Positions 18,228 through 27,920 of a DNA stretch of 47,156 nucleotides are shown here, piece after piece. The notes beneath the pieces are model-generated. The model had not been told where the DNA came from. It saw nothing but the letters and a program-made list of their open reading frames with translations, and made no database searches. Location of the stretch: assembly GCA_046761065.1 (NCBI GenBank), contig JBHIFL010000030.1:1-47156 (forward strand), read 5' to 3'. This DNA is from Candidatus Heimdallarchaeota archaeon. Lineage in GTDB: Archaea; Asgardarchaeota; Wukongarchaeia; Wukongarchaeales; JBHIFL01. Position 1 is the first letter of the stretch, and every line of letters begins with the position of its first letter. The translations under genes and the position numbers were made by a program.

Positions 18228-19703
18228 ATGACTATAAAATCACGCGAAGACTATATCAAGCGATTAAAGAAGATGAAGAACAACGTGTATGTAGGTGGGG
18301 AAAAAGTAAGCCGCCTAGATCCGCGTTTGCTTCCAGGTATTAATGTAGTGAGCGTAACCTTTGATATGGTGCACAACCCGGACTTTGAAGACATTTGCAC
18401 CGCCACCTCTCATCTTACGGGAGAACGAATTAATCGCTTCTGTCATATCCACCGGAGTAAGGATGATTTATTAAAAAAACAAGAGATGACACGCCTGTTG
18501 TGTCACCGCACTGGTGGGTGCATTCAACGGTGTATGGGTATCGATGCCATGAACGCCCTTTCGGTTATTACAAAAATGTTGGATTTGCGCCATGAAACGG
18601 ACTACTATGACCGTTTCATGACCTATCTCAAATACTTCCAAGATGATGATCTCGTGGCAAATTGCGCCCAAACAGATGTGAAAGGCGACCGAATCAAACG
18701 TCCGCATCAACAGGAGGACCCCGACCTCTATTTACGCGTGGTGGAACAACGAAAAGATGGGATCGTGGTACGAGGCGCAAAGGCTCATAACACGATCGCG
18801 CCGTATGCCGACGAAATTATCGTGGTGCCGACTCGCACCCTCACCCCAGAAGAAGGGGACTGGGCTGTGGCGTTCGCCATTCCTGCCGATACTGAGGGCG
18901 TGAAACTCGTAGTTCGCCCAGCTTACCAACACAAACGGTCCAAACTGGACGCGCCAATCGCCCAGTTCGGTGATGCCGAATCGTTTACGATTTTTGATGA
19001 TGTTTTTGTCCCCCGGGAACGAGTGTTTATGAACGGAGAATGGAAGCTTGGGGGGCCCCTTGCCTTATTGTTTGCCTTGTATCATCGCCATAGCTATACG
19101 GGATGTAAACCAGCCATGAGCGACGTTTTGGGTGGTGCTGCCGCTTTAATCGCCGAATGCAACAATATTGAAAAAGCCACTCATGTTCGGGACAAATTAT
19201 CCCATTTTATTGGGCTATCCGAACTCGTCTACGCTGCCGGCATCGCTAGCGCCCAATACGCTATCCAATCGCCCTCTGGCACGTACATCCCTGACCCAGT
19301 GTATGCCAATGCTGGAAGACGATTAGCTGGTGAGAATATCTACCACGAATACGAGCTGCTCGCAGACCTTGCTGGGGGTCTGGCCGTTACGCTGCCGCTT
19401 GAGGCTGACTTCTATCACGAAGAACTAGGGGATTTGCTTAATAAGTACATCATGCGGAATCCCAAGCTCTCGGCGGAATATGTGCATAGAGCATTTCGGT
19501 TTGTTGAAAACATTCTCGCCTCCGAGCTGAGTGGGGTGATGCAGGTAGCAGGCGTGCATGGGGGTGGCTCTCCCGTAATGGAAACCATCATGATGATGGG
19601 CACCTATAACATTGAGAAACTCAAAGACATCGCCAAATATCTAGCTGGGATCAAGAAAGACCTGCCTAGAATCAAGCGTGATGATCTTGTGAAGTGGCTA
19701 TAA
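18228..19703 (+). CDS. abfD: 4-hydroxybutyryl-CoA dehydratase family (FAD, [4Fe-4S])
   Basis: GCIQRCMG and HRHSYTGCK carry the three Cys plus His cluster ligands; TDVKGDR, GAKAH, HGGGSP. Confidence 0.85.
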   Translation: MTIKSREDYIKRLKKMKNNVYVGGEKVSRLDPRLLPGINVVSVTFDMVHNPDFEDICTATSHLTGERINRFCHIHRSKDDLLKKQEMTRLLCHRTGGCIQRCMGIDAMNALSVITKMLDLRHETDYYDRFMTYLKYFQDDDLVANCAQTDVKGDRIKRPHQQEDPDLYLRVVEQRKDGIVVRGAKAHNTIAPYADEIIVVPTRTLTPEEGDWAVAFAIPADTEGVKLVVRPAYQHKRSKLDAPIAQFGDAESFTIFDDVFVPRERVFMNGEWKLGGPLALLFALYHRHSYTGCKPAMSDVLGGAAALIAECNNIEKATHVRDKLSHFIGLSELVYAAGIASAQYAIQSPSGTYIPDPVYANAGRRLAGENIYHEYELLADLAGGLAVTLPLEADFYHEELGDLLNKYIMRNPKLSAEYVHRAFRFVENILASELSGVMQVAGVHGGGSPVMETIMMMGTYNIEKLKDIAKYLAGIKKDLPRIKRDDLVKWL

Positions 19704-19823
19704 GCTTATCTGCTTTTTAGAGTAGAAAAGCTAATGAAAAAAGAAAAAAAGTCAAAAGTAAAGAATATTTATTGTACAGTGATCTATAATATCCAAATAA
19801 CGAACACACGGGAGGTATTTCCC

Positions 19824-20552
19824 GTGCTGAAGTGTAAGCCTTTTCAATGGTTTATTGTAGGAGTAATTATCTCAGTTGGCATTCTTTCTTTCTCGGGGCC
19901 AATGCAAGTATTATCTGGACACCCTGTTGACAAACAGAAGGTTCTTTTTATAATTGCATTCGAGGGGTTTAAAGACGAGGAACTTGAAGTGCCGAAACAG
20001 ATTTTGGAACAAGCTGGTGCAACTTCGGTGATTGCGAGTGACCAGAAGGGAATGGCTAAAGGGGCTGACGGGACACAGATTCTCGTGGAGATCTCTCTTG
20101 ATGAAATCAATGTTGATAATTACGCGGCAATTGTCTTTGTAGGCGGACCAGGGACACCAGATCATCTTTGGGGGAATTCGGATGCCATTAACATCGCTCA
20201 GAATGCCTATGCAAAGGGAAAAATCATTGGAGCCATCTGCTTAGCGCCTGGGGTCTTAGCTGAAGCTGGGATTCTTGAAGGGAAACGAGTCACAGCCTTT
20301 CATACAGCCAAAGACAAACTTGAACAAGCAGGAGCGACATTTGTTGACCAAAATGTGGTTATTGATGGTAATATAATAACTGCTAATGGTCCCGGAGCTG
20401 CGGACAAATTTGCGGAAGCAATAGGAGACCAATTATTTAAAGTAAGCACAGGAGAAACCGAGGTCGAGGAAGGTCAATTTATTCTACAGTTCATGGTTGC
20501 TGTAACCCTTGGACTGCTCCTTGGGATCAGGCCTCTTAAAAGAAAAGAGTAA
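19824..20552 (+). CDS. DJ-1/PfpI family protein with N-terminal signal/TM and C-terminal TM
   Basis: FKDEEL, FVGGPG, GAICLAP, IITANGP; GTG 19824 follows a GGAGGT SD. Confidence 0.85.
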   Translation: MLKCKPFQWFIVGVIISVGILSFSGPMQVLSGHPVDKQKVLFIIAFEGFKDEELEVPKQILEQAGATSVIASDQKGMAKGADGTQILVEISLDEINVDNYAAIVFVGGPGTPDHLWGNSDAINIAQNAYAKGKIIGAICLAPGVLAEAGILEGKRVTAFHTAKDKLEQAGATFVDQNVVIDGNIITANGPGAADKFAEAIGDQLFKVSTGETEVEEGQFILQFMVAVTLGLLLGIRPLKRKE

Positions 20553-20610
20553 AAATAAGCAATCTCGGCTTTTTCTACTTGTAGTAGGTTAAAAACTCAA
20601 GAGTTCCCCA

Positions 20611-21411
20611 CTATCTGAATTCTTTCATTTTACTCACTATGTGCTGAACCCTTTTGCTATCGACGGGATTCGTCGTCACTCCCTCTTTCTTGAACCATGT
20701 ACCAATGATAAACCCATCTGTATAATCTAGATAAGTTTCCAGATTGGAAGGGGTCACTCCGCTGCCTACAAGGATTGGAACCTCCGGGACCGCCGCTTTG
20801 ACCGTTTTCACACGTTCAATAGCAGGTGCAACACCTGTTTCCGTTCCACTTACGATCAAAGCATCTGCAATACCTCGATAATACGAATCTTTCGCGGTTT
20901 GCGTAAGTGATTGAACTCCCAGAGGAGTTGCATGCTTTACAAGGACATCCGCAAAGATTTTAACCTCGCTTTGAAGTTGGGTACGCAATCTCAGGGTTTC
21001 ATGGGCCCTACCTTGGATGAGGCCTTGATCCGTAACCATCGCCCCAGTGTGGATATTGACCCGGATGAACTCGGCGTCTGTTGCACTGGCAACCGCCATC
21101 GCCGCCATGGCATCATTTCGGAGGACATTGATCCCTAGTGGGAGCTCAAATCTTCTTTTCACTTCGTTAGATATACGAGTCATATATGCAATTGTATGAG
21201 CAGGAACATGATCTGGGAAAAAGGGGACATCCCCGAAGTTTTCCACAAGTATTCCATCGACCCCACCCTTGGTCAAAGTTTGCGCATCTGTTAAAACGGT
21301 CTTCTGAACACTTTTGAAACTCCCTGAAAAAGAGGGTGAGCCAGGCAACGGTCTTAAGTGGAGCATCCCGATAATTGGCTTTTTTACCTGAAAGAGGTCT
21401 TCTAATCTCAT
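20611..21411 (-). CDS. btpA: BtpA/SgcQ family TIM-barrel protein
   Basis: IIGMLHL.PLPGSP, VENFGD.PF, GINVLRND, ADVLVKH, VGSGV. Confidence 0.9.
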   Translation of the reverse strand: MRLEDLFQVKKPIIGMLHLRPLPGSPSFSGSFKSVQKTVLTDAQTLTKGGVDGILVENFGDVPFFPDHVPAHTIAYMTRISNEVKRRFELPLGINVLRNDAMAAMAVASATDAEFIRVNIHTGAMVTDQGLIQGRAHETLRLRTQLQSEVKIFADVLVKHATPLGVQSLTQTAKDSYYRGIADALIVSGTETGVAPAIERVKTVKAAVPEVPILVGSGVTPSNLETYLDYTDGFIIGTWFKKEGVTTNPVDSKRVQHIVSKMKEFR

Positions 21412-21595
21412 GCGTGCTCCCTTCTTTCTAGGGCCTTCTTTAGAATCATCTTTTAATTCGTACAATTTGTACCAAGAACACGTTTCCTTTTCCCCTGCGG
21501 AACTCTTCCCGGGTTTTTCTCAAGGGCTTCCTTCGGTCGCTTTAAATTTGGCAGGCATTTTTCCGGGAGATACCACATTCCGGCTTTTCCTTTAT

Positions 21596-22012
21596 TTACA
21601 ATTCAGTAAGTAATGGAATCAATCCTTTAAAATGATCGTCAAAGGTTGCGACATAGATATTTCCTTCAAACAATTTCGATAAAGCGAGAATTGAGCAATC
21701 TGTGAACGAAAGTCCTCGATCACAGTATTTGAGGAAGAGTTCCCATGTAGCAAAGAATTCTGTCTCGCAAATATGGATTAATTTTATTCGGGGTGAATCA
21801 AGGATGAATTCCCATATATCCTCCAGTAAACGTTTATCACGAGTTCTGACCAGTGTTAAAGTAGCTGTCTCATCAAATACAAAGTTTGATACAAAGATCT
21901 GCCCAAATTTCCCAGTTAAACATTCTTTCATTAGGTCTCTGGCCTGCGGATGGTTAAAATCATCTTCATTCCGAGTTGCGAGAATAAATCCCGTATCTAA
22001 AAGAACGACCAA
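21596..22012 (-). CDS. vapC: PIN-domain toxin (VapC)
   Basis: LLDTGF, FDET, LSFTDC, ATFDDHF; TTG start just after the antitoxin stop. Confidence 0.9.
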   Translation of the reverse strand: MVVLLDTGFILATRNEDDFNHPQARDLMKECLTGKFGQIFVSNFVFDETATLTLVRTRDKRLLEDIWEFILDSPRIKLIHICETEFFATWELFLKYCDRGLSFTDCSILALSKLFEGNIYVATFDDHFKGLIPLLTEL

Positions 22013-22013
22013 C

Positions 22014-22289
22014 CTACGCACCTTTTCGTTGGTATAAATAATCATCAACTGTAGTTGATGTATCGCGAATTCCCCATTTCCTTGGTTTTTGTAAAAGAAT
22101 CCAAGCGGGATCTGTCTCTAAATCACTTGTATCTTCTGGGATTTGTACCTTCTCGTATTTTTTGGCCGCTTGTTTAATTAATTGCCCCAACAGTTCTTTT
22201 TTTGTCATTTTCTTTCCCAAGAGTATGTAGCGCGCTCGTAATCGTTCCAATAATATCTCATCTTCCTCATCTAATCGCACTGTGCTCAT
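22014..22289 (-). CDS. Putative antitoxin (VapB-like)
   Basis: 91 aa; N-terminal STVRLD strand-helix; ends TVDDYLY; directly upstream of vapC. Confidence 0.8.
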   Translation of the reverse strand: MSTVRLDEEDEILLERLRARYILLGKKMTKKELLGQLIKQAAKKYEKVQIPEDTSDLETDPAWILLQKPRKWGIRDTSTTVDDYLYQRKGA

Positions 22290-22368
22290 CTTTACATGAT
22301 CTCCATTAAGGGACTTAGGTTGCAGTTTCAGAATTCAATTTAGGCTGCTTATTTTATTGAGTTTATTA

Positions 22369-22422
22369 GTATAAAAGTATAATTGTATAAAAGATATTGG
22401 TACAGGTGGAAAATGTATAAAA
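22369..22422. repeat. Tandem GTATAA(AA/TT) 8-mers in the TA promoter
   Basis: Copies at 22369, 22377, 22385 and 22415. Confidence 0.5.
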
Positions 22423-22884
22423 TAATCCTAAAGTATTTAATTCGATCATTATTTGTTATAATCGCCTTGATTCGAAAACCAAAATTTTAGGAATGGTACT
22501 ATTACTATAAGCCGCTCCAACGTCTTTTAAGTGCTATACCAGAAATAGTATGGTAATTTTTAGCTACTTATGAGTGTATAATAAAAGGGTATCAGAGCAG
22601 CAATCAAAGAACTGTCGTAATCTAGAAAATGAACGTATAGAACGCCATCGATCGATCTACATCGATTCATTAATCGGTGGCATGAATTATTCTTCTCATT
22701 ATCATTAATTATACTTTGAATGATTTGTTAAAGGGTCGCTTAAACCTTTCATCAGTTGTAATCACGGTTGAATTACCGTGAACCTGACAGGGAAATGATT
22801 AGGTCTATAAGAAGCGAGTAGTGACTAATAAATCTTCCCAGGAGGATACCCATGCAGATCGAATGACTCCTAAAGGTGAAAAAC

Positions 22885-23394
22885 TTATTCAATCAGTTCT
22901 GGTGCAGCTTTTCTCACTGCTTTCGCAATTATCAGCGAAAGAATAATTCCTGAGCCCGCTTGGCCTAAATTGAAGGGTAATTCTTCAATAGCCCCGGCAA
23001 GCCCACCATACCACGGCATTAAAGCTTCTCCAGTAAAATACCCGGCAACCATAATGGCAGCACCCACAATGACCGCTAGGACATTGCGCCACGGGGTCTC
23101 AGAGTTACGGAGGCGTCCTGCGACGAACCCTTCCATACCTTTAACTACAAAGGTGAGGGGCGCAAATAACGGGAACCCAATCAGGTCAGCGAAAGCCGAA
23201 CCGACACCTCCCGCGAACGCGCCCACACGCCAGCCAAAAAGGAGGGCGGCAGTTAAAACCATAGTGTCTCCTAAGTTGAAATACCCTCCGGTGCCAGGAA
23301 TTGGCACGCGAATGACTAAAGTCGTCGCGGCTACAGTGGCAGCAAAAACAATGGATGCAGCAATTTCTTTTGAGTTAACCATTTGAATTTTCAC
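22885..23394 (-). CDS. ECF transporter S component (COG4720; HmpT/PdxU2-like)
   Basis: AATVAATT, VPIPGTGGYFNLGD, GGVGSAFADLIG, APLTFVVKGMEG, PFNLGQ. Confidence 0.88.
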   Translation of the reverse strand: MKIQMVNSKEIAASIVFAATVAATTLVIRVPIPGTGGYFNLGDTMVLTAALLFGWRVGAFAGGVGSAFADLIGFPLFAPLTFVVKGMEGFVAGRLRNSETPWRNVLAVIVGAAIMVAGYFTGEALMPWYGGLAGAIEELPFNLGQAGSGIILSLIIAKAVRKAAPELIE

Positions 23395-23513
23395 CTCTAT
23401 ATGATTCAGTAAGTAATGAAGAATGTGTGGAGAGGAGGGTGATAGCTAAATATATATAAACTATTCTCTAACTATAGAATAAACCCTATATATTGAAACA
23501 GGAACCACTACTA

Positions 23514-25001
23514 ATGGCTGCAGAGATAATGTACAAATGCACCCGTTGTGGAGAGATCTTCAAAGGAGAAGAGTTCCTACAGCTATGTCCAAAATGTAAG
23601 GGAATCTTGAACATTAGCTATGATTACGAGGCAATTCAGCAACACCTCACCCCGAAGATCTTACAGGAGCGGAGTCTAGGCATCTGGAAATATGCGGAGC
23701 TCCTCCCTCTAGCAAGTCGAGCAAACATCGTGTCACTGGGAGAGGGCGGGACCTTCCTCCACAAATGTGAGCGCCTAGGCCGTGAACTCGGCCTAACAAA
23801 TCTATACATTAAGAATGAAACGACAAACCCAACGGGTTCGTTTATTGATCGAGGGACAGCGGTTGAAGTTTCCAAAGCCAAAGAGCTGGGCATCCGGGCC
23901 TTGACCTGTGGGACTACTGGAAATCTGGGGGCCTCCCTTGCCGCTTATGCAGCTAAAGCGGCGATGACATGTACGGTGTATTTGTCAGAACCCATTGATC
24001 AGGGCAAGCTTTACCAAATGATTGCATTTGGGGCGACTATTAAGTCAACCAGGGTGTTTAATGAAACTCAAGTTAAGGAGGAAAGCGTAAAGTCGCATAC
24101 ATTGCCAGTCACACCGGCAGACCCCACATTTCTCGAAGGAGTTAAGACAACGGGGTTTGAGATCTGTGAGCAACTTAACTGGAGTGCTCCAGATCAAATC
24201 ATTGTGCCAATGGGGAATGGGGGGCATCTTTCCATGATTTGGAAGGGCTTAAAGGAGTTAAATTTATTGGGGCTCCTATTAGACCTATCCACAACCATGG
24301 TTGGAGTCCAAACTGCGGGCTGTGCGCCAATTGTGCGGGCAATTCAGAAGGGAGCAAAGGAAGTCACCCCGGTGGAGAAGACCAACACGATTGTTAAGGA
24401 TCTAAGCTTTAAAAACCCCTTGATGGGCTACCTAGCCGTCAACAGGTTACAAGAGTCAGGAGGGACGGCAGTAGCGGTTTCAGATCAGCAAATGCTCAAA
24501 GCAGCTCACCATCTTGCTGAAACAGAAGGCATTTTCGCGGAATTAGCAGCTGCATCGACTATTGCATGTGCGAAATGGCTAGTAGAACGAGGAGAACTAG
24601 ATCCAGGCGAAGTGGTGGTGTGTGTGATTACCGGAATGGGTCTGAAGGACCCAACTGCCATGCGAAGGTTCACCGAACGGTCAAAGAAACTAAGAGGATT
24701 TCTCCACCCGAGTACTGAAAGAACGTTCTCGACGAGGATGGGGGAAACAAAACAACTAATCCTTGAACTCTTAGCAGACAAAGAACAGTATGGGTATTTT
24801 ATTTGGCAAGAACTCACTCACCGATTTGACATTAAAATCAAAATCCCCACGGTGTATCAACATCTGGCCGAGTTGGAAAGGCAAGGTCTGATTAGACAAA
24901 CCAGAATGGAAAAAATGTTTGGGAAGCCAGAGAGGAAGTACTATGCCTGCACAGATCGAGGAAAGGTCGTATTAAGCGCCTTAAAACGAATGAGAGAATG
25001 A
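23514..25001 (+). CDS. Threonine synthase-like (fold-type II PLP) domain lacking the catalytic Lys, fused to a C-terminal PadR-like wHTH
   Basis: Zn ribbon, SLGEGGT, NPTGSFIDRG (canonical K is I), VPMGNGG, ITGMGLKD; then KQLILELL..YGY.IW, PTVYQHLAELE..GLI, RKYY..T..G. Confidence 0.9.
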   Translation: MAAEIMYKCTRCGEIFKGEEFLQLCPKCKGILNISYDYEAIQQHLTPKILQERSLGIWKYAELLPLASRANIVSLGEGGTFLHKCERLGRELGLTNLYIKNETTNPTGSFIDRGTAVEVSKAKELGIRALTCGTTGNLGASLAAYAAKAAMTCTVYLSEPIDQGKLYQMIAFGATIKSTRVFNETQVKEESVKSHTLPVTPADPTFLEGVKTTGFEICEQLNWSAPDQIIVPMGNGGHLSMIWKGLKELNLLGLLLDLSTTMVGVQTAGCAPIVRAIQKGAKEVTPVEKTNTIVKDLSFKNPLMGYLAVNRLQESGGTAVAVSDQQMLKAAHHLAETEGIFAELAAASTIACAKWLVERGELDPGEVVVCVITGMGLKDPTAMRRFTERSKKLRGFLHPSTERTFSTRMGETKQLILELLADKEQYGYFIWQELTHRFDIKIKIPTVYQHLAELERQGLIRQTRMEKMFGKPERKYYACTDRGKVVLSALKRMRE

Positions 25002-25076
25002 TTATAGGAACAATCCGGAAAATCGGCAGTTGGAGTTGGCTTTAAAGGATAGTCATTCGGGTTTTCTTGAAAAAGC

Positions 25077-25895
25077 TTAAAAGAGGATTGAAAGGTCGAA
25101 AAACCAATAAAGAATACTGATTAACAGAGTTACAAGAACCAAAATCAAGACAAACCAATCAATTGCCTCCATTTTGACCTCTGAATAATAAGATCGTTTT
25201 GGTGCTGCCCCAAAGCCACGTGCTTCCATCGCCTCAGCCAAGCGGTAAGATCTTTTTAGAGCTACGATGACCAAAGGAATAAGCAACCCTGCATATCGTT
25301 TGATTTTCGTGAAAAAACGGCAGTGTTGAAATTCCACGCCTTTGACCATATTCGCTTTGATGATGGTCTCCGCATCGTCGATCAAAACAGGGATGAAGCG
25401 AGCGCTAGCTACTATTCCAAAAATTAATTCGTAAGGAAAACCGATTTTACGGAGTGCAATTCCAAGATCCTCTAAATCCGTTGTCAAAATGAAGAAAATA
25501 ACTATACCTGTAAATATTAGCAATTTGAAAGCAAGGAGAGTTCCATATTCTATCCCATATAAAAAGATTTCCCCCCAACTTAGCGGATCCCAAATATTCA
25601 GTGGTTTAGGTGATAAAGAATATCCGTAGATAACGGTATTCGCGAAAAAAATGAAAATGACAAAATAAAAAACACTCCTCATGATACTTGTCCATTCTTG
25701 AAGGATCCTAGCCCCCATAGCAAGGAAAATGAGTCCGAGAAACACGCCTAGTAGCAAGGAGAAGCGTACAAATAAAAGTGAAAGGATGATTGCCATTACC
25801 ATGAGACAGAGTTTCGTTCGAGGATCTAATCCATGGAAAAAAGATCGTTTGTCTTGGGCAAGCAGGATAATATCCGAGAAGGCCAAAGAGCTCAC
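25077..25895 (-). CDS. ecfT: ECF transporter T component
   Basis: LDPRTKL, RFIP, AEAMEARGF. Confidence 0.92.
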   Translation of the reverse strand: MSSLAFSDIILLAQDKRSFFHGLDPRTKLCLMVMAIILSLLFVRFSLLLGVFLGLIFLAMGARILQEWTSIMRSVFYFVIFIFFANTVIYGYSLSPKPLNIWDPLSWGEIFLYGIEYGTLLAFKLLIFTGIVIFFILTTDLEDLGIALRKIGFPYELIFGIVASARFIPVLIDDAETIIKANMVKGVEFQHCRFFTKIKRYAGLLIPLVIVALKRSYRLAEAMEARGFGAAPKRSYYSEVKMEAIDWFVLILVLVTLLISILYWFFDLSILF

Positions 25896-26686
25896 CTGTA
25901 TGTGTAGAGTTGAAGAAGTTCTTCTTGTGGATTAAATCCCTTTGAGATTAGAGCTTTTTGTATCACAATTCGTTGTGGAACGACAAGATTAGTCTTTTTC
26001 AATACTTCTCCTCTACTTAAAAGCACAGCTGGGTCACCATCTGCAAGTTTTGTGCCGTTCGAAAGGAGGATAAGGCGGTGCAAGTTCTCACTCACAAAAT
26101 CTTCTTCATGAGTATTTATCACTAGAGTCACCCCTTCTGCGTTTAGGGAAAGAAGAACTCGCGAGAATAAGAGGCGTTGCCTTCCATCTTGACCCAAGAA
26201 TGGTTGATCTATTAAGAGTAAGGAGGGCTGCCGGATAAGAACCGAAGCAATTGTCACACGTTGTTGTTCGCCACGACTCAGAGTAATTACTCGTCGTTGC
26301 TTGAGGTGTTCGAGTTCCAGCAATTCTAAAACCGAATTAGTTCTACGTTTCAATTCGGTAGAGGATAATTTAAGGGTCTTAGCAGCGTAATGGAGTTCTT
26401 CTTCAACAACTCCCATGATAAACTGATGATCAGGGTTTTGAAAGACATATCCAACAAATTGAGCTAGTTCTGCGACTGTTGTATCCCTCGTATCCATCCC
26501 ATCAATGAGCACACGCCCATTTGTAGGAGTCAACAAACCGATAAAGTGCTGAAGTAATGTGGTTTTCCCCGATCCGTTTTGACCCATGATTGCGACAGCC
26601 TCCCCTCTTTTAATTGATAGATCAATGCCTCTCAGAGCATGGGTTCCATCGGGATATATAAAATGCAAATCTTCGGTAACAATCAA
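25892..26686 (-). CDS. ecfA: ECF ATPase subunit with degenerate Walker B (DQP)
   Basis: GQNGSGKT, VFQNPD, LSRGEQQR, LLIDQP, NTH. Confidence 0.92.
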   Translation of the reverse strand: MIVTEDLHFIYPDGTHALRGIDLSIKRGEAVAIMGQNGSGKTTLLQHFIGLLTPTNGRVLIDGMDTRDTTVAELAQFVGYVFQNPDHQFIMGVVEEELHYAAKTLKLSSTELKRRTNSVLELLELEHLKQRRVITLSRGEQQRVTIASVLIRQPSLLLIDQPFLGQDGRQRLLFSRVLLSLNAEGVTLVINTHEEDFVSENLHRLILLSNGTKLADGDPAVLLSRGEVLKKTNLVVPQRIVIQKALISKGFNPQEELLQLYTYR

Positions 26687-27528
26687 TAGAACTCCTCCAA
26701 AACCGTAACCAACTCTTCAGGAGTTAGCGGTAATGAATTCAAGTGGGCTTTAAGGGTAGGAAGTCTTAAAGCATAGAGTGTGGCAAGAGGCAAGCTGATT
26801 CCAAGTTTTTCCCATCGATTCTCCTCCATCAAGATTTTCCGAGGCTCCCCGCAGGCAAGGAGTTCACCATCAACGAGTAAAACGAGTTTATCTGCAATAG
26901 GTAGGGTTTCATGAAGGCGATGTTCAACCAAGACAATTGTGAGGTCCTCTTGTTTCAAGGTATCCAAAACTGAGATGATTTCCAACCGGCTTCTTGGATC
27001 TAATTCAGACAACGGTTCGTCAAGAACTAATATTTCAGGTTTCATAGCTAATGCAGCCGCAATTGCAACCTTCTGCTTTTGTCCTCCTGAGAGTTTGGGA
27101 ATACGTTTATCTAGCAACTCAGAAAGGTTGAGTGCCTCAATAACCTCTTCTAACCGGGTTTTGATTTCTTCTTTTGGGAGTCCTAAGTTTTCAAGGCTAA
27201 AAACAAGTTCTCTTTCAACCGAAAGAGAAAAGAGTTGATCCTCTGTATTTTGAAAAACAAATCCCACATGTCCCGCCATTTCGCGTACTTTTTTTTCCCT
27301 AGGATCGATCCCAAGAACTTGTATTGTTCCCTGCATTTGACCTGGGTAAAAGTGTGGAATCAACCCATTGAGACATCTAACTAAGGTGGATTTTCCCGAA
27401 CCGGTTGGACCAGTGATTAGAACAAATTCGCCACGTGAGATTTTTAAGGTGATATTCAAAAGAGACCAGTGTTTGGCACTCAAATATTTGAAATAAAGAT
27501 TTTTAATACTAATTACCAACCGATTCAC
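26683..27528 (-). CDS. ecfA: ECF ATPase subunit (canonical motifs)
   Basis: GPTGSGKS, LNGLIPH, VFQN, LSGGQKQK, LDEP, VEH. Confidence 0.93.
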   Translation of the reverse strand: MNRLVISIKNLYFKYLSAKHWSLLNITLKISRGEFVLITGPTGSGKSTLVRCLNGLIPHFYPGQMQGTIQVLGIDPREKKVREMAGHVGFVFQNTEDQLFSLSVERELVFSLENLGLPKEEIKTRLEEVIEALNLSELLDKRIPKLSGGQKQKVAIAAALAMKPEILVLDEPLSELDPRSRLEIISVLDTLKQEDLTIVLVEHRLHETLPIADKLVLLVDGELLACGEPRKILMEENRWEKLGISLPLATLYALRLPTLKAHLNSLPLTPEELVTVLEEFY

Positions 27529-27920
27529 TCGCCTATGTTTATTTCATCTGCTCTCATCGTCCCTCCATCTCAGCAATTGCCCAAGTTGTACTGCTCTTAC
27601 GGTGACAGCATTATACTAAGACATCTACCCTTTTTTGTAGTTTAGATATAAAACATCTAAAAATTCTTCCCTAAATATAGGGTGAATCTGATATTGAGTG
27701 AGTAATGAAGATCTACTAATAGATCAACGTTTATTGCCATACTGTGTCTATTATGGGGAAACACGCAAGGGAGACTGGTTCTTTCAATACAAATATGGAA
27801 ATGGAATGTTATACATATATTATGATTACGGGCCATTTTACTTCTCTAGGATATGATAATCGATGCAATCAAAACACTCAGAGTGAATTATAACACTTCG
27901 AAAAATATTCCTTAAAGAAA

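Noticed and set aside
18228-19703. 4-hydroxyphenylacetate 3-monooxygenase (HpaB)
   Set aside because: Same fold, but the Cys/His [4Fe-4S] ligands of the dehydratase are present.
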